Positions 1-7,503 of a stretch of 12,245 bases of DNA are shown here, piece by piece. Both the position numbers and the translations under genes were made by a program. Numbering within the stretch: position 1 is the first letter of the stretch; the number at the start of each line of letters is the position of its first letter. The stretch comes from Desulfurococcaceae archaeon (lineage in GTDB: Archaea > Thermoproteota > Thermoprotei_A > Sulfolobales > Desulfurococcaceae): the NCBI GenBank assembly GCA_038888155.1, contig JAWAJB010000030.1, positions 1-12,245 of the forward strand. The letters are read 5' to 3'. The notes under the pieces were generated by a model, which saw only the letters and a program-made list of their open reading frames with translations, did not search any database and was not told where the DNA came from.

Positions 1-291
1 AAGGAAGCGTTAAAGGATGACGACTTAGAAGTGAACACTGTTGACTCATTTCAGGGAAGGGAGAAGGACGTAATAATCTTCAGCATCACAAGTACTAAAG
101 ACTTGGATTTTGTGGATGACGAGAATAGGCTTAACGTCGCCTTTACGAGAGCCAGGAGGAAGCTAATAGTTGTAGGGAACACTAAGCCCATCTCTGCGCG
201 CAGGAAGGGCACGTTGTATGATTTTTTAAGGTATGTTGAGGAGAGGAGAGCCATCTTTAGGCTTAATAATTTTCCAATCCCCTCCAAGTAA
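1..291 (+). CDS. C-terminal end (partial, open at window edge) of a superfamily 1 DNA2/NAM7/UPF1-type helicase (AAA_12 domain)
   Basis: Frame open from base 1 (KEALKDDDLEVNTVDSFQGREKDVIIFS...). Contains SF1 motif V (TVDSFQGREKD) and motif VI (RLNVAFTRARRKLIVVGN). Stop TAA at 289-291. Confidence 0.93.
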   Translation, partial: KEALKDDDLEVNTVDSFQGREKDVIIFSITSTKDLDFVDDENRLNVAFTRARRKLIVVGNTKPISARRKGTLYDFLRYVEERRAIFRLNNFPIPSK

Positions 292-330
292 TAGGACCAC
301 TAGGTTCAAAGTCTCTTAGACATCATTTAA

Positions 331-582
331 GGAATAGGACTAAGCCGGTCTAAGGAGACTCTCATCCCCTCATGCACCTACGATGCTCTAAGCTGCTTAG
401 GGGTTTACGAGGATGCACTAATTCCTCTTCACCTCACAACAAGCAACGTTTCTAGGGTCACTAATCGTTGTGGGTATTTGACAAGGGGGCAATGGAGGCG
501 AGCCATAGCTTATTCTTATGGTTTTCATGCTCTTCTGGTCTACCTAGCCGCCGACTTATTGAAAGAGCTTAAAAGTTTGTAG
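331..582 (+). pseudogene. Possible remnant of a YhfC/PrsW-like intramembrane metalloprotease C-terminus
   Basis: Stop-free 83-codon frame without an early start: ...CLGVYEDALIPLHLTTS...GYLTRGQWRRAIAYSYGFHALLVYLAA.... It resembles the GxxER(x)nH and HAxxD motifs with degraded residues. Confidence 0.3.
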
Positions 583-694
583 GTTCGAGGACTTGACCCT
601 TACTCGTTCATTAGTGTACATCATACATGCTTAAAAAATCATTGTAATCCTCCTGCAAAGGCAGGCATGAAGCTAGTTGAAGAGGCTCATTGGT

Positions 695-713
695 CATATC
701 CAATTTTGGTACG
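695..713. repeat. Palindromic site copy A: CATATCC-AATTTT-GGTACG
   Basis: 695-709 (CATATCCAATTTTGG) is identical to 7484-7498. Intergenic. The right arm is one G short of consensus. Confidence 0.75.
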
Positions 714-859
714 AAGATTCAAAATCATTAAACTAGGCGTTTATGTGCATTAAGCAAGCACACCAATAACTAAGGGATTAAAGGGCTGAATGAAAGATCT
801 TTCCATTGCTACGATCATGCGTCCTGTCTAGCAATGGCTGAGCTCTCACGGTCTTTTAA

Positions 860-1112
860 GAAGTCCTAATAGAATTCTGCTTAGAATCAACTGAGCGTGG
901 AACGTGCTCGGTGTTAACAGTTTGCTTAGCTGTTACTCTCAAAACATCATATTGATGCTTTACCTCAAACTGGCTGCTTAATAGTCATCAATGGGATTTG
1001 GAAGGCTCTCCCTCCACGCGAACTTCATGTGGTTGAACTCGTCAAGCAGCTTAGTTAGTGTTTTCTTCGCGTCGGGTAAGCTTCACGGCATAATTCCTCG
1101 GCGATCCACCAT
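860..1112 (-). pseudogene. Possible degraded coding remnant, unknown function
   Basis: Minus strand reads MVDRRGIMP*SLPDAKKTLTKLLDEFNHMKFAWRESLPNPIDDY*, then in another frame LLSSQFEVKHQYDVLRVTAKQTVNTEHVPR. Protein-like composition only; no family recognised. Confidence 0.25.
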
Positions 1113-1207
1113 ATGTTTTAATTCACTCTTCTAAGAAGGCGCTGCATAAGCCCACTCTGAACAGGCAACTGCGCACTAAAGCTAGGCTTTAAGTTAATTT
1201 ACTGTAA

Positions 1208-1942
1208 TTACTTTATATAACCGAGGTCTCTCGCAATTTTAATAAGGTCGTTATAGGCTTTTTCTGAGAAGTCTCTATTTAATCCTTTCATTAACATCTC
1301 TCTATATTTTGCCAAGACTTTATTTGCCCACTCTTCCCTTGTTAAGGCTCCTCTTTTCTTGTCATTCCATAGCTCCAGAATGAAGTTTGTGTAAGTTGGA
1401 ATAAAAAGGCCTTTAGCTCCATGTCTGCGAGCTATTTCCTCGGCCTTTTTGCGTTTCCACTTAAACCTCTCAATTCCTTCTACCCAGAATTCGACTTCAG
1501 GCAATTTACTAATTATTTGAGTTATCTCATACTGTTTATCTCTAACTTCGCTTAGGAACTGCTCAAAAATCACATAATACCCCTGAACATTATCCTTAAT
1601 GTAACACTCCAGAACACTAATCGCTGTTTCAAAGGCAATTACAGGTGCATGCTCTCTCATCATTCTAGCGCTTAGCGTTTCCTTAGTCCTCTCACTTACA
1701 GTATATCCTTGAAGGGTATCTAAGAGAATGTGGAGGAAGCAATACTTAACACCATCAGCGCCATATGAGCTGTCTATCTGCACAAGCGCATTCTTTAAAA
1801 GGCCTACATCATACTTCCAAAAATCATGTTCGTATCCTCTCCTTATACCATCAAGAATTGAATCTATCTCCCGCATTTCTCTCTCAAGAAGATGTATGCC
1901 AAGAACCTTTGCAATGCTCCTATGATGAAGCCATTTAGGCAT
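1208..1942 (-). CDS. Hypothetical 244-aa helical protein, possible metal-dependent hydrolase (zinc phospholipase C-like ligand pattern)
   Basis: Long ORF with ATG start and a TATA box about 25 bp upstream. Pattern MPxWxHH...D...D...HD...HILLD. Basic C-terminal extension. Confidence 0.75.
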   Translation of the reverse strand: MPKWLHHRSIAKVLGIHLLEREMREIDSILDGIRRGYEHDFWKYDVGLLKNALVQIDSSYGADGVKYCFLHILLDTLQGYTVSERTKETLSARMMREHAPVIAFETAISVLECYIKDNVQGYYVIFEQFLSEVRDKQYEITQIISKLPEVEFWVEGIERFKWKRKKAEEIARRHGAKGLFIPTYTNFILELWNDKKRGALTREEWANKVLAKYREMLMKGLNRDFSEKAYNDLIKIARDLGYIK

Positions 1943-1953
1943 ATCATGTAATC

Positions 1954-1971
1954 TTTATAAGAGACTTATAA
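1954..1971. promoter_or_regulatory. Back-to-back TATA boxes forming the inverted repeat TTATAAG-AGA-CTTATAA (divergent promoters)
   Basis: Minus-strand TTATAAG (1965-1971) lies 23-29 bp upstream of ATG 1942. Plus-strand TTTATAA (1954-1960) lies about 21-27 bp upstream of TTG 1981. Confidence 0.55.
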
Positions 1972-1980
1972 TTATCGATT

Positions 1981-2342
1981 TTGGCTAGGTTATCTAAAGT
2001 AGCGTAGCCGTATAGATAGCCCTAAACGAAATTGTCGCTAAATTAAGAGAGGAAGGCATAGTGCTCATAGTAAATGGCGAAAGGCCGGACATAGGCAGGC
2101 AAACACGGAGAGGTTCTTTAAACAGCTTGAGGAAAACGTTGATAAGCAAAAGTTCGAATGGATAAAAGAGCTCTACGACGAAGTCAGCCAACAAAAAGAA
2201 TTTGAAGTAAAATGGAGCGGTGCAGAACCTGGTTTACTATGCGTTTCTTCGTTAAAGCATGGGGCGTCACCCTATAGCAGTTCAAGGAGATGGCAAAATA
2301 TGGATAGGCTACACCGGAAACCCTGCAATAAAACCATGGTAG
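1981..2342 (+). pseudogene. Multiply frameshifted pseudogene, unknown function
   Basis: Consecutive protein-like segments in different frames: IALNEIVAKLREEGIVLIVNGERPD (from 2016), ANTERFFKQLEENVDKQKFEWIKELYDEVSQQKEFEVKWSGAEPG (from 2099), FTMRFFVK (from 2233), PIAVQGDGKIWIGYTGNPAIKPW* (2271-2342). Confidence 0.65.
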
Positions 2343-2402
2343 CCGTACTCTATTGTGGGCCCAGCTCCTCACAATATCTTTCCTCTCTTATGGCCTAGGA
2401 AA

Positions 2403-5400
2403 TCAGCATTTGATGCATCTCCTTATTAATTGCGCTGCTAATACAACTGAGGATGCCAATGAGGTGAGGACTAGCGTTGAGGTGAATGCCATGGCGGCAA
2501 CTGAAGATCCCGCTATTATGCTTACGCCGGTTCCAGTGATGGCTGCAAGCCATATGAGCGCCGTCAGCTTAGTGGCCCTCTTAGATGGCCACCTTCCTGC
2601 GAGGCACATTACGGCTATCGATGGCGGCGCGAAGTATACGAGCCCTATTAGGAGCGAGGATATGATCCCGGCGGCCACCACCCCTGCCTCTGGGCTGAAG
2701 CTGAGCGCCTCATATAGGGCTTCGGAGATGCGGAGGATGCCTATTAGCGGGTACAACGCGTACTTGACTGCTTGCCTAAACGATTCATAGGCTTGCATCG
2801 CGCTCGCGACGTATGGACTCCACGAGTAGTACCATGCGTTGAACACGTTCATGAAGCTACTGCCGGCAAAGGTCCTCAAGACTACATTGTCCCTAAAGCC
2901 CCTGAGGTGCTGGACGTGTGGGTCAAGCTCTGTCCCGAAGGCCGCCGTCGCTATGATGCATGGACCCGGCTTAGGCTTAGCCGTAGCCCTTACCTCTGCG
3001 CTCACCGCACCCTCATAGGTTAAGTCCCCCGCAAATCTTGCTGTAAAGCTCCATTCACCCTCCTTATCAAGCTTAATCCTAAAGCCGAAGCTGCCATCAG
3101 GGGTAGACGTGGTTGTCCGTGTACCTGTTGTTCCATCGGGCCTTTTAATGGTCAGTTCTATAGTCTTGCTCATGGCCGGGCTTATCGACCCCTTAACTAT
3201 AACCTCCTCTCCAACGGTAACCTCCCTAGGCTCAACAGAGATCGTTAAGCTCACTGGGATCCTAACAGGCATCATTGTCGCTATTGCGAATATTGAGAAG
3301 CCGGGAGTCTCGGCCGTGAACTCAGAGTGTGTTGCGTTTTCACCTATAGCCTTCGTTAGAAGCCTTAACCATTCTCCGCCATGGTACCTGAGCATGACTA
3401 CATCATCTTTGGTGGCTCCATGGGTTACCAGCCACTCCTTCATAACCCAGAATGTTACATCCGCCTTCTCGATGGAGGCTTCGGGGATATTTACATCGAT
3501 CCTGTGATAAGCGTAAACTAATCCCGGCGGGCTGGGCACCTCAGGAGGCTTCTCAACGAGCTTTTCAAAGTATATTGTGACGTTTCTGACGATCTCCCTT
3601 AGCCTTACGGATATGTTTGAGATGATGGAGTTGCTTATGTTTAGGTTGATGGGCACGTCAACTACATCAATTATAACCGTGAAGTTCCTATCAACAAATA
3701 TTTCGGGAAGCTCCTTGGGCGTGGTAACGGAAATTGGGGCCTTCGGCCAGAAGACCTTCCTTGGAACCTTGAATGGTATTTCAGGTGGCTTCTGATACGG
3801 GTAAATGTCTTGAAGGTTCCAAAGGAGCTCTCCTACCTGCCCTTTAACCTCGTCCTTAACCTGGATAGCTAACTTCTCAAAGTCTATCTCACCCACTTTT
3901 CTAGCACTATAAACTATGAGGGCGACGTCATCGGGCAGAGAATCGCTCACTTCCTTAGTTGAGAGCACCTTGCCTAACAGTTCGAAGATTCCAGAAGCCT
4001 TAACGAATTGCTCATCCTGATGGAAGCTTGAGATGCCGACCACGAATAGGAGTTCATCACGCTTCGGGGTCACACTCACATCATTCCAGGCAACGAAGCC
4101 CTCGAACCTCACATCAGTCACGAGGTTCACGCATCCAACATCTGGGACATAAACCAGGTCCTCACCACATGGAGTATTATGCTCTATAACCTCCTGAACG
4201 CTAATGTAACCACCATAGCAATTTGCAGTTAACTTAACGACTTTACCTAGATACCTTTCACTGTTCTTCTTCAACTCCACTACAGACTGCACACCTTCAT
4301 AAGGTAGATCGGTCTTAACATCGTAGAGAATTATTGAGCCGCTAGCTTTTAGGAGCCTTCCTAAGACCGACATGGACCGTTCAAGCAGCGTAAATATTGA
4401 GTGGTTAAGTGGGATCACTATCCCGTTAGTTATAGCTTTAGAGTCATACCAATATTCGTGTTCGAAGTTGAAGACCCAGAGTGTTTGAGGCCCTCTAAGT
4501 TCCAGGAGGTCTCTTATAACTCCATCATTGATTCTGAAGGTTATCTCTTTAGCTCTCTCCAAAGCCTTACGGACGATTGCCAGCGGCTCAATGGGCTCTT
4601 CAGAGAGGTATCCGATTGTCAGCGGAAACTCGATGTACGGCGGCTCATCTGGATCATAGAGCACTGAAATCTGCCTTCTATAAGCATCGACCTTAACAAG
4701 TTTGAACTTGTAGGCTTCTGGATTGGCTAAGATCTCACTAAGAGTTGTTAGCGGGCCTTCTTTCACAAAGGTGACCTGCTTAGCAACAACAACAGCTATG
4801 TTTAAACCTGCAAGCTGAATGTGCGTCGGCAAAAGCCAACCATCTACTTTGGCTAAGCCCTTATCGCTTTGCTCAGCAAAAACCAAATAGAGGCTTTCAT
4901 TAGTTGCCAGCAGGAAGGCCTCTGAAGGTAAACTGATTGGCAATGCCTTCATAATATTGCTTGGAATGGAGTCCCTATACGAGAATACATCATCCTTCAG
5001 CGCCTCAGGAACAGCGAATGAGGCTCCTATAAGGGATATTGACGGAAGTGTTGGCGAAGGCATTGGCTCAATAGTCCCTGAGGCGACCGCAGTACTGCCC
5101 TCGTATAGTAAATCACCAGCAAAGGTGGCTGTGATCTTCACATAGATCTCAACAGGTGTTTGCGGAGCCGTGTAGACGAACAAAACCTTGCCGTCAGTAT
5201 CTGTCACACCAATTGGTGGATCAACGGTTCCAAGAGTAGCTGAGAAGACAATAGTTTTGCCAGCCAAGGGTTTGCCATCTGAAAGCAGGGTGGCTGTAAA
5301 CGTAAGGCTACTGCCTGAAGTAACCGTGAAGTTTTCTGGCGCGAGACTCAGTTGCGTAGATTGCCTAAGCTGAGCTGATCCGGAGGACACCATTAGACCT

Positions 5401-5447
5401 AAAGCCAAGGTCAGCAGGACTAAGACTAAAACTGGATTTCCCCGCAT
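2403..5447 (-). CDS. 1014-aa cell-surface protein: signal peptide, Ig-like (Big_1-like) domain, two OB-fold-like repeats, PGF-pre-PGF domain, second Ig-like domain, CFI-box-CTERM domain and C-terminal TM helices
   Basis: Hydrophobic N-terminal signal. TATLLSDGKPLAGKTIVFS...TDTDGK...YTAP (Ig-like). LSEILANPEAYKFKLVKV and VVELKKNSERYLGKVVKL repeats. VMLRYHGGEW...AETPGFSIFAI (PGF-pre-PGF). CIIATAAFG...LRGFRD...YYSWSP (CFI-box-CTERM). SD-like AGGGGT upstream. Confidence 0.92.
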   Translation of the reverse strand: MRGNPVLVLVLLTLALGLMVSSGSAQLRQSTQLSLAPENFTVTSGSSLTFTATLLSDGKPLAGKTIVFSATLGTVDPPIGVTDTDGKVLFVYTAPQTPVEIYVKITATFAGDLLYEGSTAVASGTIEPMPSPTLPSISLIGASFAVPEALKDDVFSYRDSIPSNIMKALPISLPSEAFLLATNESLYLVFAEQSDKGLAKVDGWLLPTHIQLAGLNIAVVVAKQVTFVKEGPLTTLSEILANPEAYKFKLVKVDAYRRQISVLYDPDEPPYIEFPLTIGYLSEEPIEPLAIVRKALERAKEITFRINDGVIRDLLELRGPQTLWVFNFEHEYWYDSKAITNGIVIPLNHSIFTLLERSMSVLGRLLKASGSIILYDVKTDLPYEGVQSVVELKKNSERYLGKVVKLTANCYGGYISVQEVIEHNTPCGEDLVYVPDVGCVNLVTDVRFEGFVAWNDVSVTPKRDELLFVVGISSFHQDEQFVKASGIFELLGKVLSTKEVSDSLPDDVALIVYSARKVGEIDFEKLAIQVKDEVKGQVGELLWNLQDIYPYQKPPEIPFKVPRKVFWPKAPISVTTPKELPEIFVDRNFTVIIDVVDVPINLNISNSIISNISVRLREIVRNVTIYFEKLVEKPPEVPSPPGLVYAYHRIDVNIPEASIEKADVTFWVMKEWLVTHGATKDDVVMLRYHGGEWLRLLTKAIGENATHSEFTAETPGFSIFAIATMMPVRIPVSLTISVEPREVTVGEEVIVKGSISPAMSKTIELTIKRPDGTTGTRTTTSTPDGSFGFRIKLDKEGEWSFTARFAGDLTYEGAVSAEVRATAKPKPGPCIIATAAFGTELDPHVQHLRGFRDNVVLRTFAGSSFMNVFNAWYYSWSPYVASAMQAYESFRQAVKYALYPLIGILRISEALYEALSFSPEAGVVAAGIISSLLIGLVYFAPPSIAVMCLAGRWPSKRATKLTALIWLAAITGTGVSIIAGSSVAAMAFTSTLVLTSLASSVVLAAQLIRRCIKC

Positions 5448-5671
5448 CTAAACCCCTTATATATCACTATTTCTTACGTGCTTTTTATTTTTGAAAAACA
5501 TATGTTTCCTTCAAAGATCTCAATAGCGTTAATGGTAGTTGGTTTAATCGTTAGAAGCGCAGGAGGCTATTTCAGAACTTAACCCTCAAAGATTTTGCAA
5601 AACCAAACCATATACTTTCTCTAAACTGACTAAATCCTCCTCAACGATGAACCCGCTACTAGCTATCCCTC

Positions 5672-5687
5672 ACCACAAATTTGTGGT
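5672..5687. repeat. Perfect 16-bp palindrome ACCACAAATTTGTGGT
   Basis: The sequence equals its own reverse complement. Intergenic, 36 bp before the core of copy B. Confidence 0.8.
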
Positions 5688-5720
5688 TTAAATTAATGGT
5701 GATTGAGGCTCTCGATAGCT

Positions 5721-5743
5721 CTCCATACCCAGATTTGGGTATG
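5721..5743. repeat. Palindromic site copy B: CTC-CATACCC-AGATTT-GGGTATG
   Basis: 5724-5743 has perfect inverted arms CATACCCA/TGGGTATG. 5728-5743 is identical to 7031-7046 (16 bp). Confidence 0.9.
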
Positions 5744-6109
5744 AAACCACTACCTTAGCTCGCTCAGGGCTCTAGGCTCAAACCTCCTAAATGAGTTCCT
5801 AGTCGATATAATAGGAGTTTACAAATTCATGAGGTCCCTAGAGGGGTCCGGGAGGAATCAAGGATGAAGAGGATGAAGAGTTTCAGGGTTGTGGTTAGCG
5901 GCTCTAGAAGTCTTAGGATTGCAAGTGGATCCGCTCGCGGGAAAACTCAAAGAGTTGGCGCTTCCACTCTTCTATCGAAACATAAAAGAATAATTCTTTA
6001 ATAGCACTCTTCTCATAACAAGCAAATTATTCAAACACGTTATACTCCTTTTCACATACATTTTATAGCTATGTCATGTTTAAAGTAGACCCTGAGGTGT
6101 GGGGGTGAG

Positions 6110-6367
6110 TTGGAGCCTGAAGACTACTTCCTAATATCCTTAGCGTTCTTCATAGCATTTTTGATGACCATGTTTTTCGGACACGTCATTGCAAACCCCT
6201 CCTATGCTGGATATGTAATCCACGAAGAGCGCGGCTACATGGGTAGCATTTTACTGGATGTATGGGTGGCAGCGGGTTCCATCGCCTTGCTAACGTTCAG
6301 CCTCACGGTGGGCTTCCTCATCGCTGGCGTTATCAAGAGGGTTCTAAAGAGGCGGGCTGGAAGGTGA
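6110..6367 (+). CDS. Small hypothetical membrane protein, two predicted TM helices (85 aa)
   Basis: Two hydrophobic segments and a basic tail (KRVLKRRAGR). TTTAAA at 6079-6084 and GAGGTG/GGGGTGA SD-like motifs precede the TTG start. Confidence 0.8.
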   Translation: MEPEDYFLISLAFFIAFLMTMFFGHVIANPSYAGYVIHEERGYMGSILLDVWVAAGSIALLTFSLTVGFLIAGVIKRVLKRRAGR

Positions 6368-6619
6368 TGAGCGGAAGCCCACGTTAGAGCTAAACATTGG
6401 GCTGAGTGCTCAGTTCGTGCGGTATAATATAGCAGGGCTCTCAATATGTTGCTGTGAATATGCGCGCAACGCCAGCGTGATAATGCCTGCATTCGCCACA
6501 ACAATAAGCATCAATTTCAGACGAAACTTCTGTCTAGTTTTCATCATTTAACCTTTTTCCCAGAGACCCCTTCTCGCTTTCCCTCTGCTACGCGTAGTTT
6601 GGTTGCGAAGCTTGCAGGC

Positions 6620-6919
6620 TCAGTTGCAGATCCTCTGCAACTGCTCACCTGTCCCAGCGCCCCATTTATATTTCTCTCCCATTCTAACATCGATGTTGGC
6701 GAGCCGAGAAGACCTGCGGAAGCGCTTTGCATAGCGCTCAGGGAGAGCGTAGACCTTCTCACTCACTTCACTAAGGGGTCCACTAAGCCCGTGGACGTAC
6801 CTGAACTCAAGAGGAAGGGTCAGGAGGATACGGCTCGCAAAGGCTTTGATAGCCTCTTCCTCCGCGCTCCTCACCACAGTGTCTCCTTCACTTATCGCAA
6901 TAGCACTGCCAATCGTCTA
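6620..6919 (-). pseudogene. Possible hypothetical or degraded gene (ORF 6620-6877 with in-frame upstream extension)
   Basis: Protein-like VRSAEEEAIKAFASRILLTLPLEF...KVYALPERYAKRF. The frame extends upstream (TIGSAIAISEGDT) to an ATG-TAG pair, suggesting a nonsense mutation. No family recognised. Confidence 0.3.
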
Positions 6920-7022
6920 CATAACCCTTCTCTTCAGGCCAAAAAGTACTACGAAGCAACGAAATCAACTTAAACAAACTCGTATAAGAGCTGAGCTCCT
7001 CGCAGCGAGAAGAGCTTTAGGT

Positions 7023-7049
7023 CTCCGTACCCCAGATTTGGGTATGGAG
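7023..7049. repeat. Palindromic site copy C: CTCCGTACCCC-AGATTT-GGGTATGGAG, overlapping the ATG of the downstream gene
   Basis: 16-bp identity with copy B. The right arm GGGTATGGAG is the exact reverse complement of the copy B left arm CTCCATACCC. ATG 7044 lies within the right arm. Confidence 0.9.
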
Positions 7050-7367
7050 CTGAAGGTTTGCCCTAGGTGTGGGAGGCCCTTCTCCTGCCTTCAAAGCGAC
7101 GTGAGGGGGGACAGGACCTACATCTACGCAATCCACTACACTGGAGGAGGTAGGAGGAAGTGCTATTTAGGGCCGAAGGGCTCCTACGACTACGTCAAGA
7201 GGACCCACGGCCTCGACGAGGGCTCTTTGAGGAACCTCCTAGAGCAGGACTACCTCGACCTAGCACTGAGCTCCCTAATCAAAGCTAAGGAGGAGCTGAG
7301 GAGAGGCGAGGTAGAGGTGGAGGAGCTGAGCTCCTTGAAGAAGCTCCTGAGCTCGAGGAGCGATTAA
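7044..7367 (+). CDS. 107-aa CxxC...YxY...CYLGP protein; putative zinc-binding DNA-binding protein resembling the N-terminal domain of SSV1-type integrases
   Basis: MELKVCPRCGRPFS...RGDRTYIYAIHYTGGGRRKCYLGP followed by an amphipathic helical tail. Start reassigned from 6846 to the in-frame ATG 7044. No tyrosine-recombinase catalytic domain. Confidence 0.8.
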   Translation: MELKVCPRCGRPFSCLQSDVRGDRTYIYAIHYTGGGRRKCYLGPKGSYDYVKRTHGLDEGSLRNLLEQDYLDLALSSLIKAKEELRRGEVEVEELSSLKKLLSSRSD

Positions 7368-7369
7368 GC

Positions 7370-7382
7370 TTTTAACCTTTTT
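7370..7382 (+). terminator. T-rich tract directly after the stop codon (possible archaeal oligo-T terminator; also reads as a minus-strand BRE/TATA)
   Basis: TTTTAACCTTTTT begins 3 bp after TAA 7365-7367. Confidence 0.4.
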
Positions 7383-7483
7383 AACCAAGACTTTGGTCGT
7401 CGAGCTATCCTTGCTTGCCCTCAGCTTGCTCCTCTTCGCGCTCGGACCCTAGTTGCTCGAGAGACTCAGGAAGAAGCCTCCGC

Positions 7484-7503
7484 CATATCCAATTTTGGGT
7501 ATG
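7484..7503. repeat. Palindromic site copy D: CATATCC-AATTTT-GGGTATG
   Basis: Right arm identical to copies B and C. The first 15 bp are identical to copy A. Confidence 0.88.

Noticed and set aside
1994-2372. Minus-strand ORFs 1994-2194 and 2184-2372
   Set aside because: Better explained as shadows of the plus-strand pseudogene.
2353-5373. Plus-strand ORFs (2353-2790, 2772-3023, 3109-3507, 3577-3795, 4401-4667, 4957-5145, 5188-5373)
   Set aside because: Antisense shadows of the 1014-aa gene with no motifs of their own.
6846-7043. N-terminal extension of the 173-aa ORF, and overlapping ORFs 6599-6973 (+), 6544-6762 (-), 6235-6504 (-)
   Set aside because: Low protein-likeness and mutual overlap. 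The recognisable domain begins at ATG 7044, though a start slightly further upstream cannot be excluded.
6988-7335. 13-bp repeat GAGCTGAGCTCCT (6988, 7323) and AATAGCTCAC (8623, 8750)
   Set aside because: AGCT/GAGCTC words are visibly frequent throughout the window, so compositional bias is a sufficient explanation.
7044-7367. Functional integrase or tRNA attachment site
   Set aside because: No catalytic R-H-R-Y domain and no tRNA-like sequence recognised anywhere in the window.
695-7503. Palindromic repeats as a CRISPR array
   Set aside because: Spacing is 0.45-5 kb and irregular, there are no 30-45 bp spacers, and no cas genes are present.
695-7503. Classical integron attC cassette array
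   Set aside because: The sites are too short and lack RYYYAAC/GTTRRRY ends, genes are not co-oriented, and no IntI is visible.
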